From: Zancudomyces culisetae HAW-14-8
Lineage: Eukaryota > Fungi > Kickxellomycota
DNA length: 64,000 nt
Assembly: GCA_052426225.1 (NCBI GenBank)
Contig: JBNJNM010000021.1
Location: 806,001-870,000 of the forward strand
Direction: 5' to 3'
Position numbers and translations under genes: made by a program. Positions 46,923-59,851 of this stretch are shown piece by piece (positions within the stretch are counted from its first letter, which is position 1; every line of letters begins with the position of its first letter). The notes under the pieces were generated by a model. It worked only from the letters and a program-made list of their open reading frames with translations, ran no database searches and was not told the DNA's origin.

Positions 46923-49900
46923 TTTTTTTTTTATACCTCTATTATTGTATTTCTAGTTGTACTAAAATCGGCTTGAATCATTTATAATTTTATAAACAAC
47001 CGATCCTGATTCTAACAAGTATATATTAAGCCTGGGGTTACCGATACTTTTTATTTTTCCCTTTTACTCGTCCTTTTATCGGTTAAGTTTTGCTCGCCCC
47101 CCTTTTTTTTCCTACCTTTTTTCTATTTCAATATCTTGTTGGTTTTAAAGTATTTTTTTTTACCAAGACAAGAAAAAAAGAACAGAAAAAAAATCTAAAG
47201 CTTATTACTCTCTTATTAATTCTATTTTGATAAAAGTTAAAGAGAGTTCTATTACTTTTTTTTTTGTTAGTTTATAGTTTATAGTTTATAGTTACAAAAC
47301 TGTAATAAAAATATGCAAACTAAACTAAACTAAATTGAACTGAAATGAATTGAATTGTAAAATATGAAATTGAAAATACAAATATAAATCAACGAGGTTA
47401 TATAAAGAAATGTTGGATTACAAAAAACTAAAATGTATATATAAATACCAATGCTTTTTATACATTCACTGCTTTTTTTCATTCCACTTCTCTTTTTCTT
47501 TTTTGTAATTTTTTTTGACGTTTTTTTCTTTTTTTTCTTTTTTTTCCTTTTTTTCTTTTTTTTTTCTTTTTTATTGCTCTGTGATTAGTATTATTTCTAT
47601 AATTGAATAGATTAAATTTTTTTTATTTTTATCATTTGAAATCAACTTGGTAGTGGAAAGTACCCAGTACAAATAAAGAAAAAAATCCATCAATTTTCCG
47701 ATTTCACTTTTTCCTCCATTTCCCCTTTCCTTTCCCTTTTCCCCTTTCCTTTTCCTTCTTGTATTATCCGCTTTATTGCCATTTCTTTTTATTTATTTCT
47801 TTCTTTCTTCATTTCTTTCTACTAACAAGTAAATAAATCAAGTGTATAACCCGGCAATTTTCAAGCATAATTAATAATCTTATAACTCTGCTTTTATTAA
47901 ATGGCTTATACTCTGGCTTTTTTTTTTTACCATTTGTTTTATTCTGGACAAAAATATTCACCCTCCCCACTTGCACTCAGTTTTACTTTTTTATTTTAGT
48001 ATCATGTCAAATTGAATACTCGGTGCTTCTTTTCCTCCTCTTAGTATTCATCAATTCATGCACCTGATTTTTGTTATTTTTAAAAAATATACTAACATTA
48101 TTACATCAAAACATTTCAAAAAAAACCCACTCCTCCCACTCCCTCACTCCCTTCCCCTCCTCCTCACCCTCCCCCCCCCCCCACTCACACACACTCTCTT
48201 CTCGGGTTATAATGAATCATGTTAAATAAATCATCTTGCAGAATTCTTTGCTAGTTTTATTCCACCTACTAAAATGCCTATTAACGCCATTTTTAAATTG
48301 CACCAGGAAAGAGAAAAAAAAAAGTATCAACGTATTTCTTTATTTCCTAAATACATTTGACTGTAACCATTCCCTCCTCCAATCATATTGATCAAACTAC
48401 TTTATTTTTCCTTTTGTTATTTATTATGAAATACCTTTGCCTCAAACTTTCCATTTCTCACCCTACCATTTCATCCTCCCCCCATCCTCTACTCCTTCAC
48501 CACACCCTTCTCATCCTTTTGTTCCTATCCGTTGTCCCTAACCAAATTAAGCTAAATAATGAAACTATTTGCCATTTGTGCTCATTGTTTGGTAAAAAAT
48601 AATCATAATTGCGGAATGATGTCTAGTATTTTTATTTATTTCTCCTAGCATGCTGTATTTTCTTTTCTCTCCTTGCATTACCAAATAATGTTTTATTTCG
48701 GATAGATATGAAAATAAGTTTTGTTTCCTGACTAGCCCAAGGCTTGCCCAAGAAAAGAAGGGACAAGACAGGACAGGACAAAACTTTTTTTTTTTTTACA
48801 ACAATGTCAATCATATAACGTAACATGGAAAAAAAAGAACACGCATAAAGCTAAGGTTGATCCGCGATGACGTTTGTAAATGTACAAGTTTCTGTCTTGT
48901 ATTATACCTTTTTTCCATTTAATTATTATTTTTTACATAAGCTCGCATTTTGACAATCTAATGAACAAAACTTTTCCGTTTGTTAAAGATTCTTTTTTTT
49001 TCTTTTTTTAGTCGACTTTTGTTTCTCTATTTACCATACACGTGTATGCAGACCTTGGTTATTGTTATAATTGTACACATATAAAAGTATGTAAAGCAAC
49101 CATGTATGAATGGGATATATTATGCAGAATTGTGTGTTTATTATTATTCATTTCAATTATAAAAAAGTTTGTAATAAAAAGTTATAAATGTACTAGACAA
49201 ATAGAAACATTTCGGCGAGTTGCCTAATTAAATCTTTGAAAATAATTCACCATTATTTTTGTCATAACAATACTTTTACATACATTTCTTGAATTTTATT
49301 TGTTGTGGCAAAAGGTTCAAAATGACGATGTTTTCATCATCCCATGAAAGGCTTTTTTTTTAACTTTGGATTTGCTGTTTGTTTGTAACTAGAATAATAA
49401 TAATAATTTTAATAATAATAAAAATGCCGCTTATTAAATGAACTCTAGACTATTAAAGCTTTAATAAGAGGGAAAAAAGAAAAAAGAAATATTTTGAATT
49501 TGTCGAAATTGCTTTTTTGCACATTTCAAAACCCCATTTTGTTACAGCTTGTTACATTTCATCAACAAAACCTATAACTTATTTAGTAAACTGGTGTTAT
49601 TTATTATATTACTTTTTCTAGGCATTACAAATACCAAGCCAATAATTATTTCCCCAAAAATCACCTTCCAACCTTTTTGGCTACAATTTGATCAATGGAT
49701 CAGCTAATTGCATCCATTTTTCAATGGTATATTGATTTTTTCACCTATTAAACTAGCTAATAAAAGACGGTTATGATTCATACTTCATTTTTCCAATCAT
49801 TTTTGCATTCTCGCAACTGCTTTTTTTTCTGAATATTCAACCTTCCAAATACGATAAAAAACATGACAACAGAGTAACACTATCTCTTCAACCTTTCATA

Positions 49901-52465
49901 GAAAAAAGTTGTAACAAAGACCCCTATCGTTTCCCACGTTACAAGTACCATTATCGCCTAATTTAAATTGGCTTAGCTCAGATGAAACAAGTCAAAATTA
50001 TAAAATGCTAATCTGGCAAGAGCAATACATATGCTGTATGCGTTATGTTTGTTGTATGTGTGGGCTATTAAATTTTACCATTCTCTGAGATTTTTGAGTT
50101 ATAATTGAGTACAGCCTAGTGTGACCAATATTTTTGCCCTAAAAATAAAGGCGAAATGTCAAAAATGGCTACATTGAAACTGGTGCAGAAAAGATGAACT
50201 GTTTTATCTAAACATGTGATAGGTGTAAATGTAAATCAGATACATAAAATGACATGATATGACATGGCTGTACTAGCCTAGTCTAGCCTAGATTAAAAGC
50301 TAGCCAATATAACGGAAGCAAGTAATTAGACTAATACGGGATATCCATTATGTTGTAATTACCGCCATATCAACTCAGTGGACTTTAGGATTCATATGCC
50401 TTTTTAGAATTCGGCACCTATTTGAGGAGTTTAGAACGAAGACTGATAACATGTGTAATAAAATATAAGAAGAAAAGTACAAGTCAGAATATATGAAAAA
50501 AGAACTGATAAACATCTTTTAATATTGCAACACACCAATTAGGTTGTGGTATTTGGTTTATGTTGATATATAAATAAACTTTGCGTTCATGGTAAACAAG
50601 ACATTAATATTACCTCATCTAAATTAATAATTTTCATTACATATATGGATGACATAATATCACACCACTACACATTACCAACCATTTTAATTTGCATAAT
50701 TTATTCCATCTGTATCACGAGAATAATCATATCATACAATTCACTCCAGCCATAACATCACATTTCTTTTTAGATGGATACCATTTTTTCAATAAAAATA
50801 AAAAAACTACACCCCCCCCTTTCCCTCCCTCCCTATCTTCATAGTTCAAGTATATGCAGAAAAGGAAAACACTTGCAACTTAGCACTTTAATTTCCTTAC
50901 AAAGCCTGGCTATTTCAATTCTTGGACAAATCGAATAGTGTGTCATCTAATATTAATCGCATTATTAATATTACCATGTTATAACGACATATCACTGGTG
51001 GGTGATCTCGCATATTTCAGTTGTATGACGCCATTGATAAAATTCAGAAAATTTTCCATTTTATCGTTATTTTTTTTTTGTTAATCGCTTGGTTCCTCCC
51101 GCCCCATCCTCCTCCACACATTTTTATTTTTTTCGATCTTTCCGCCTCCTTACCTTCTATTTTTGTTTACTTTCATTCCTTCCGAACTGCTCTTTTTTTC
51201 TTTTTAAGATTTTTTTTCCGAACTCTGGTTTTTTTATTTTTTACGTATTTTATTTTTATTTTTATTCTTATTCACTAAAATATTTCCGGTTGGCTTATGT
51301 AAGTTTGTTCTTTTTTTACTCTTTTGAGTGTCCATTTTTAATACGGAATGGCTTTCCAAGTGTTCTAAAAGTTTACATAAAATACTCGAATTATTGCGAT
51401 ATCAGGTTTTGTTCTACCAACATATCTGACTATATCTCTCAATTCTCTCACACTTCATCTTTCACACCCTCCTTACCTCACTTCCTTTCTCGATACCCCT
51501 TGATTTATCATTAGTACTATCTTTTTTACTCGCTATTTCTATTTGTCATCACAAGCTGTTACTTAAAAAAAGACGAGTAAAAGTGGACGCTAAAATATTA
51601 CATAATCAAATTAATATATCAATCAATTCCAAGCCAAATCGCATAAATCTCACACCTCATCCCCATCTTCATAGTCACCCTCCTTCCCACCCCCACCCCA
51701 AGTTTGTTTGAAGAACGTGACTGCCCTAATTTTAGTGTTATCTTTTGTTTCTGTTCCCATAAACGAAAAAGGTATCAAAAAATTACACTTAATCCGAATT
51801 GCAAATGTAAACAGGAGAGGAAAGGAACTGGACGTTGTCTGTGTAATGTACAAAGTAACAAAAAGCTTTGAATATAAGTATTAGAGAAACCAACTTTCCT
51901 CTTCTTCTCCTCCCCCACCACCAAACACATTTTGTTTTTTTTTACTACACCTTTTTTTAATTCTCCAAAACTGGTAGACTTTTCTACTCGAGCATTATTA
52001 ACAAGCTGATATATGTTGTGTCATTTATCTTGGCTTTGGTTTTTTAACCCACTACATTATTATTCATACCAAATATCACATATCACATATCCTTTCTCAA
52101 CACAGTTTTCATTAAAATAGTATTCCTTTTCCTCATAAAATACTCCTCATATTGGAGGTAATACCTCAGCATCCTTTGAAAAATAATAGCTCCGACTGTT
52201 TGGTAATTTTCCATCTTGGCTTATAAACCCGATTTTATTAGTGGGTTGTATTGGTGCTTTTCCCAACTAAAACATGAATTTTTTGGTTGTAAATCAAAGC
52301 TTTCAAGTCGCTAAACTCTCCCAGTTTGGTTCTTGTTGGCAAACCTTAAAAAGCAAATAAGCTATTAAACTATTAAATATACAAGAACAACATTGTCGCA
52401 ACCAATATTAAAGAACCCTTAAAAAAAGAAAAAAAAACAACCAAATACAGCAAAGTCGAGTTAAA

Positions 52466-53877
52466 ATGGCATCATATTTTGGTAATTCCCTAACCAATTT
52501 TACTAATTCTACCTTCATCTTTTCTGTCTAAAACAAAAATAGAATAATTCTCATACATCATTCAACATTCTTGTACATACAGTTGAACACGATCTCCGGA
52601 ACGAAGAAAATAGTAATGCCTCTGCTGGAGCTAGCAGAAATTCTCAAAGTGCTGACACAGCGAATATTGTTGTAGGCTCGGATTTGATTGAGGGCATTTT
52701 TGGCATGCATACAACAAACAATAACGAGAATGGTTTGAGAAGTAGGATAATGAACGCCTTAAGGTATTTAAATTCTGTATTTTTTTTTGTTTCTCTCTCC
52801 TCATTGTGTATTATGGTACAAGATGAAGTGATTTTATAATTGTTACCCTCTCCTGCAGGCTTTTCCTAAGCATAAAAAAAAGAATGTTCAAAATCCAAAC
52901 TCTACATTTTCTTAACTAAACTGTCAAGCAAAAAAAATAAAAATAAAATAGTCGTTTCCATGAGATCCGTGAGCGAAATTCAGATTTCGATCAGTACGAT
53001 AGCCTATTGGAAACCATGATATCGCAACTTACTGACGCAACAAACTATAGGTACCTCGTCTTCAACATATCATATTCTCAAACTATTCGCTTTTATTTTA
53101 CACATTAACTTTAAAAGATTCATGATCAGAAGCCTCCGCAGTGTGGATATGTATAACACACTAGTATGATTGCTTTTTTTAGCATCTACAGCGAGCCTCG
53201 AAAGCTACATTTAATGTATAACGACGTCGTTTTGTTGACTACATGTACCAAACAATTGGGTTTTTTATACTTGCTATAGCACTTCATACCCAACCGACAA
53301 AATCTTTATCAAAAAGCTTCCAAGATACGATAGAACAACACTTGATAAAAGTAAGCCATCTTTTTAACTTTTTTCTTGAAAAATACACTAGAGTTTAAGT
53401 CTATGGGTTCATTTTTATTTGATCCTTTGACTACTTTTCTGAAAAGTTAATTAAGGATTTAACTGTATAATTACTCGTTATGACTATACATTTTCTCTTT
53501 TTTACAGATAAATTGTATACAACCGTATAGATCTAACTTGTACAATCTGCAGTGAGGATTTTAGTAGTAGCGAAACAGCAAATTCTGATAACGTTCCAGT
53601 TTTGAAATTACCGTGCAATCATTATTTCGACGAATTCTGTGTTATGCCGTGGCTTGATGTGGTAAGTACTCGTAATTTAATACTCTAGCAACCCGGTACG
53701 TATTGTCATATTTATCAACGTCTTGTTTTTCCTTTTGCAACCTTTTCACCTTAGAATAACACCTGTCCCGTTTGTCGAAATGAAATGCCTTCTGACCATC
53801 CTGATTGGATCAAGAAAAGAAAAGAGGAGGAAGAAGCATTATACAAGCAGCAACAGGAAGATTTGATGTATGGTTAG
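52466..53877 (+). CDS. RNF181-like RING E3 ubiquitin ligase; exons 52466-52481, 52583-52763, 52952-53050, 53280-53350, 53531-53661, 53755-53877 (206 aa), absent from the ORF track
   Basis: Spliced product begins MASYFVEHDL, has PTDKIFIKKLP, RING CTIC...LPCNHYFDEFCVMPWLDVNNTCPVCRNEMPSD and ends EDLMYG*. All five introns GT-AG; 621 nt in frame. Confidence 0.85.
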
Positions 53878-54259
53878 ATCGATGTTCTACAGATTTTGGA
53901 CAGTGTACATTCTAAAACGCCCCCTTTTTTAATTTTTTCTAATTAATTTTTTTACGTTTTTTTCAGAGTTCTTTTGTTCACTATTCTAAATTATTATTAT
54001 TCACAGGTCAGCTACTAGCAAAAATCTATCAATACTATAAACCAAAAAAAAAGTTTAGTCCAAATTATGGTATATTGAGCAATAATAAGTGATGCAGTTA
54101 GTATCTACAATTTGAGTTTGTAAAGTGGTTTTCTATAAACCCCAAAATAATAATCACTCTAGCCAACCCATGACCTGGTTTTGAGTTGATTTACATTTAA
54201 AAGTACACGAGGTATAGATTCCAAAACGTGTAATTGCTTCCCTAAATCATTCACAAATA

Positions 54260-54784
54260 TCACCCACGATCGCGGCATTCATCATTGTCAATTGGGCTTG
54301 TATACAGGTTGAGATTGCAGATTGGACAGCATGACGATATGTTTAGCAAGTGGTTATCCAAACAACCAGCGTGAAACCAATGCTTGCATGGTATTATCCG
54401 GACAGGCGCACCGTGTAAGAGTTTACGGATGCATAAACCACAAGTATTCTGGTCTCTTTGAGATACCCCTTCAGAGCTGTTGACTTTTTGATAAAATGTT
54501 ATAGGGAGACGCTCCAAATCTTCGGACAACCGAAACTGTGTAGATTGATGCCTCTGTGACACATTTAAGTTGTCGAATCTTTCTTGCTCGAATGTGAATA
54601 CCTGATTGTCATCCTTTGCACCAAATTTTTCGATAAAGTATGAGCGAGGAACTTGTGGTACTCTGCCCTGTTCGCTTGAGTATCTATGAGACCTTCTGTT
54701 GTGTATAATCTTTATAATTATAATAGCCATTATTGTTGTGATAACTATTCCTCCAACAATAGCAAAAGCTACCCAAACTGCCAT
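54260..54784 (-). CDS. Single-pass membrane RING-H2 E3 ligase (174 aa)
   Basis: N-terminal TM helix (VWVAFAIVGGIVITTIMAIIII) followed by basic residues, LERLP linker and CGLC...IPCKHWFHAGCLDNHL....CCPIC. Confidence 0.85.
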   Translation of the reverse strand: MAVWVAFAIVGGIVITTIMAIIIIKIIHNRRSHRYSSEQGRVPQVPRSYFIEKFGAKDDNQVFTFEQERFDNLNVSQRHQSTQFRLSEDLERLPITFYQKVNSSEGVSQRDQNTCGLCIRKLLHGAPVRIIPCKHWFHAGCLDNHLLNISSCCPICNLNLYTSPIDNDECRDRG

Positions 54785-56132
54785 TTTTTTTTTGTCTAGT
54801 TGTTATAACTTTTGAATGATTCCCTTTATTCGAATATATAATACTGATAAAGTGATATGTGACACTTTTGAGAAACTAAAGAACAGATGGATTAATAGGT
54901 TGCTTTTATATAAATCCAAATTTTTTCAATACACTGCTCTGGAAAACTTTATCAGTTCATAATTATGTTAAATGCTCATGCTCATGCTCTTTTTTTTTTT
55001 TTGCGCACTGGCAATCTCATAAGGTTTAACTTTTACAGAAATGTATCTCAATTTCCTACTTTGGGTGAATTTTTGCATATAATTTATAAAAACCAAACCT
55101 GTTTTCTGGTTTTATCAATGGGTTTAAATTTGGTTGTATTGACATAATAAATCAATTATGAGCTTTTCAATAAAAAAAGAAAAATACAACTGATTTAGCA
55201 AAGGCCAGCTCAGGCAAAAAAAAATAAAGTATACTTGCTTTAGGCCTTTTATAATCCGGGGGAATCTCACTTGTAGAATTTCAAGCCGAGTGAGTAGTAT
55301 TCGTGAGTGGGAGTGTGGTGAGGAATGGTGTTCAGAATGGGAATAGTAGATTTTGTTTAATGAGAGACGAGAGAAACAAAGCAGTATATTCTAGTGAATA
55401 TTATCGATGCATCCAAGTATTTTTGAAGTTTGTTAGTTGATACAAGACGGTAACCCGGACGTTAAAGGATATATAAGTCGTAAAGTATCCAACATGGAGG
55501 ATTATAAAATGGTATTTGAACGAATAATTTAAAAGATTTTCATACAACATGTAAAAAAAAGTGGAGTTAGAAGTAGAATCAGAGTCCGAGTCAAATGATA
55601 AATACAAGCCTTAAAATGTGGAAGTGCCATGATTGTAATATAAGCCCAGTAAAATAAAACAATTGCAAAAGGCTTTAATAAGCAAACAGTCCAATCAGGA
55701 CTGCTTCCCTCCCAAGACACAATTAAAGAGTTATGGCTTTCCTTTTATTTTTGGTGGTAGCCAACTGATTAAGGATTTTGAAATTATTCTTGTGATCTTT
55801 TGGCTACTAATGTGTATAAAAGTATTAAATGTGGATAAAGCAAAATAAATAAATGAATAAAAAAAGTGTGATTTTTTTTTAAAAAAAAGAAAAATGGGAA
55901 AAAGAGCGAATGAATGATCACCAGTGGTTGACATTTGTGAAGCTTATTTAAATTGCGTGGTTTGAAATAGTTTAGCTTTATATGCAAAAACGAGAATTTA
56001 TTTAACCACAATTGAATCAATATCCCATTAAACAGGTTTGTTACATCCATAGTAAACACAGAACCATTGGCATACTCGGCAAATTAAAGCAAAGTAGGGC
56101 AGAACATAGGGAATCATTTATCTAATCCAAGA

Positions 56133-58070
56133 ATGCGAGAGGAATTAAAAAGTTACGAGGAGAATGTAGCCATACCCATAAGTTGCATTTCGGTGACATC
56201 TAAAGGGGATTTAGTGATCGGTGGTGGAGGTGGTCCGGGACGTTCAGGAGTCAAAAACAAATTGGTAAGCATCTTTTCTTTGTGTTGTGTTCTGTATGTT
56301 CTTGGGAACAACTACAATGGATGAAATGTATACATGTATTCTTGAAGATTCATTTTGCTGAACAATGAAAATATTAAATATATAGATTGTGGGAAAAGTT
56401 AACCAAGATCTAACAAAATTTGAAAGGAAAACAGAGCTTGAATTTCTCAACAGCGAAGATTGCCCCACCTGCTTAGATTCGCATCCAAAGGTAACCAGAA
56501 TATGGGGAAAATTTTCATAGCCTGTAGAATAATAATGTCTTTAGCCTTAAAGTTTTGAACTTGGCTGTGGTCTTTTAGAGGCGTGTATTGTACAAAAAAG
56601 GAATAAAACTTCAAATTATGGAATGGTATAAAAAACCATGTAATTGTTATAGAAAACGCTTGTGGTTACTGGTGTCAATGAGTCAAAGGAAAAAATACTT
56701 GAGGGAAATAACAAAAGTTTGCGGGTGTATAATATAACTAGAAAAAAGTAAGTTGCCAATAGAAAAATATAGATATATTCAAATGAGTGAAAAGCTTTCA
56801 ATTATTTATTTTTTTTGGAGGGGGGGGGAGTTAATCTAATTGTAGACTTTGATTTGGTATAAAATAGGATTAATTTTGTGGCATCTGCAAAGATTAGCAA
56901 TAGTAAAGATTTGGGAGATTATCTGGTAAGAAGTTTTGAACAGGAGCATACTTCAGAAACGTTCATAGCTAATTATCAAAGTGTTATGATAAATGTGAAT
57001 AGAAATTTGTGGTGTTTGAAAGAGGAGGGAAGTTTTTATGTACAGGAAGTACCGATGGGAATGTAAGAGTGCTATATTAACGTATTATTCAAGGATGTGA
57101 TAGATTTATGTTAGAAATAGAATATAGCCTATACACTAATAAGGATGCGAAACCTGGAATTAAATAAAATAGTTTAGGATATTGAACTTTCCATCCTTGG
57201 TTGAGAGGATCAAACCACTTAAATCTAAGGAGGAGGTACTAGGAGCTGACTTTAGCAGCGATTCAAAAATGGTAAGAGTAACATAATTGTTGAAATATTC
57301 TTTGGAGTTAAGTTTTAACTTGTATGTATGAGGAGGAGAGGAAGAGGAGCAGAGAAAAAGAAGGGTCGGATGGTTGGATAAATATGACTAATAAGTGAAC
57401 GAAAAAAACAAATGGAAAATAGGTATCAGTGATTACAAAGTCAGAACTGATAGTAATAAATACAAAAAACGGAGATATTATTCAAACAATCAAGGGAAAG
57501 AGTCTTGGTGGAAGTGAAGAATCGGATTCGGGAGCTCCGGCAAACTTTAGAGCTGTAAAGTTTGGAAGAGCAAAGGACAAAATAGGTGCAGATGTGGATA
57601 TGATGTATACAGTACTTAATGCCAAGACACGCAAGAAGGCATATATAGTGAAGTGGGACACCAAGAAATGGACAAAGATAGGATCAAGAATGGTATCTCT
57701 ATCGCCTATCACATCGTTTTGTGTGAGTAAAAATGGAGAATTGTTGGCAGTGGCTACTAATGATAACAAGATTATGATTCTCGATTCCAGGACACTAATA
57801 ATCAAGGAAACAATAAAAAATGCACATTCATTCGCAATCACAGCATTGGCATTTGACAACGAATCGGGTTGTTTAGTTAGCGGGTCTGCTGACGAAACGT
57901 TCCGAGTTACCAAAATACCACACCAATGGCCAACACTGGGAGAACAGGTATTGGCGGCTGCGCTCCGAGGTCTTGGTGGGGGGAAGGGGGAGAAGTCCGC
58001 GATTATTTGGGCTGTCATTTTTATTTTGATGGCAATTATGGTTGGCTTATTTTATAGGATGTATGGTTGA
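56133..58070 (+). CDS. SEC12: Sar1 GEF Sec12/PREB; exons 56133-56264, 56386-56490, 56653-56747, 56868-56925, 57003-57062, 57173-57271, 57423-58070 (398 aa)
   Basis: K-loop GGGGGPGRSGVKNKL, WD repeats (AHSFAITALAF, LVSGSAD) and a C-terminal TM helix. Six GT-AG introns; 1197 nt in frame. Confidence 0.9.
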
Positions 58071-58357
58071 AGGGTAGCAGCGATGAGTTTTGTGATTAAA
58101 AAATTAAGAGTGTTTATTGATTAATCTATGAGGTAGTTTTTTTTTTTTTTACTAAAACAGTTTCAATTGATATTGTTGTTGCAAAAATAGCAGTATAAAG
58201 AGAAGAAAATAAAAAGGTTAGATATTAAAAGCGTTAAAAATAATGTTGGTAAATATAAATAATGAAGGGGTTTAGAAGTTGTTTGTATATGCGTGAATAA
58301 CCGAGGTGGCAAGGGGGGAAAAGGAAAAGAAAAAGACAAAGGAAAGGCGTGAAAAAA

Positions 58358-59851
58358 TTAAGTGAAACAACCACAGGAAAACAGTTTGGCAGCAAAGCCT
58401 CTATTATTGTTACTGTTGTTGTTACTGTTGATGTTTTGTCTTGGAGATGATTTGTATTTGCTGGTTGACTTAGAGTTGGGTGTATAAATAGGTTCGTTTT
58501 TACTCGATTCGTAGTTGGAGGTAAGGTGCACAGAATCGGCATTATATGTGTTTCGAGGGTTTGAAGAATCAGCACGGCGAGAATCAAGCCCACCGTTGAG
58601 CTTGTATGACTGCCTTTTTGTCGTGCCAATATTTCGAATCAGGTTTTCAACAGTCAACTTCGATGCCCGTCTGGCTCGAGTGTCTTCAGACTTTCTAAAC
58701 TGAACACCGTTTTTACTATCTGACGACTCAAAGCCAGTCTCGGGGATCGTCTCAATCATTACAGTATCACGCTTTGGCTGGATCTCCATGTCATGAATGG
58801 CTACGCTAGAGTTGTGTAGCAGTCTGGATACCCTGTTTGCTGTGTTAGCATTGTTATTTGTGTTATTGTTGTTGTTGTTATTGTTGTTGTTGCTGGTGGT
58901 GTTTCCTGGTGGACTTCGTTTATAATGCATTGAATTGTTTCCATAAATACCACCAGAAAACATCCAATCGTATATTCCATCATCAACCTCGCCACATCGC
59001 TTGATTGCACTATCCATTAGCGCCCGCAAAGAGTCATAATCTGGTGTTTCTTCAAATGCATAGTTCCGCACTGTTGTCATATACGTCTTAAATTCTTCTG
59101 GGAATCCTTCACATAGCTCGTTTACCGGTGTGCGCTGTTTTTTCTCACCAATCCTTTCGTACTTTTGTCGGTTGGTTGCTGCTTTTAGTCCCTGCCATGG
59201 AAGCGCTCCCCGTAGGAAATACATCAGCACGTGACCAATTGATTCCAAATCATCTCTTCTTGATTGTTCGCGACCCAGATGCGTATTGATACTCATGTAT
59301 CTTGCTGTACCACTGAGACTCTTTCGTTCTTTATATGGGATGTGCTGGTGTGTCTTTGGGTCCCTGTACTGCTTTGCCATTCCAAAATCTATCAAAAACA
59401 CTTTTCCTGCATTTGATGTATTTTGTCGTCCAAGAATAAAATTGTCTGGTTTGATGTCTCTATATATCAGATTATGTTCGTGTACGCTTTGGATTAGTGT
59501 TAACATTTGCTTGGCAAGAATTGCTGTTGTTTTGACACTAAATTTGCGCCGGCAAATATCAAACATATCTTCTAAACTTGGGCCCAGCAAGTCAATACAC
59601 AACACGCTATACAACCCCTCTTGCCCGAAATAGTAAACACTTGGAATTCCATCTACGCCTGCCAGTATCTTGTATGTTCTATATTCATCTCGCAACTGGG
59701 GTGCATCTGTTTTCCTAGGTTCGAACTTGATCGCTACTGGCATATTGTTTAGCAGATTTGTGCCTTCATATATCACTCCAAAGCTACCTTCTCCTACCTT
59801 TCTTCCGACTCGGTAGTGCACCCCTACCACATTAGGACTTACGTGTTGCAT
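58358..59851 (-). CDS. Casein kinase I, Yck1/2-Cki1 (gamma-like) subfamily (497 aa from first ATG)
   Basis: VVGVHYRVGRKVGEGSFG, VAIKFEPRK.DAPQLRDEY, YRDIKPDNF, DFGMAK, LSGTARYMSINTHLGREQSRRDD; Cys-containing tail FSCGCFT. Confidence 0.96.
   Translation of the reverse strand: MQHVSPNVVGVHYRVGRKVGEGSFGVIYEGTNLLNNMPVAIKFEPRKTDAPQLRDEYRTYKILAGVDGIPSVYYFGQEGLYSVLCIDLLGPSLEDMFDICRRKFSVKTTAILAKQMLTLIQSVHEHNLIYRDIKPDNFILGRQNTSNAGKVFLIDFGMAKQYRDPKTHQHIPYKERKSLSGTARYMSINTHLGREQSRRDDLESIGHVLMYFLRGALPWQGLKAATNRQKYERIGEKKQRTPVNELCEGFPEEFKTYMTTVRNYAFEETPDYDSLRALMDSAIKRCGEVDDGIYDWMFSGGIYGNNSMHYKRSPPGNTTSNNNNNNNNNNTNNNANTANRVSRLLHNSSVAIHDMEIQPKRDTVMIETIPETGFESSDSKNGVQFRKSEDTRARRASKLTVENLIRNIGTTKRQSYKLNGGLDSRRADSSNPRNTYNADSVHLTSNYESSKNEPIYTPNSKSTSKYKSSPRQNINSNNNSNNNRGFAAKLFSCGCFT

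Noticed and set aside
52087-52095. ATATCCTTT U12-type donor (also ATATCCTT near 13403)
   Set aside because: No matching TCCTTAAC branch site with an AC acceptor; all reconstructed introns are U2-type GT-AG.
1282-59633. Many antisense and overlapping ORFs of 60-256 aa in the ORF track
   Set aside because: Shadows of real CDS or low-complexity AT-rich frames, mostly with non-ATG starts and no recognisable domains.
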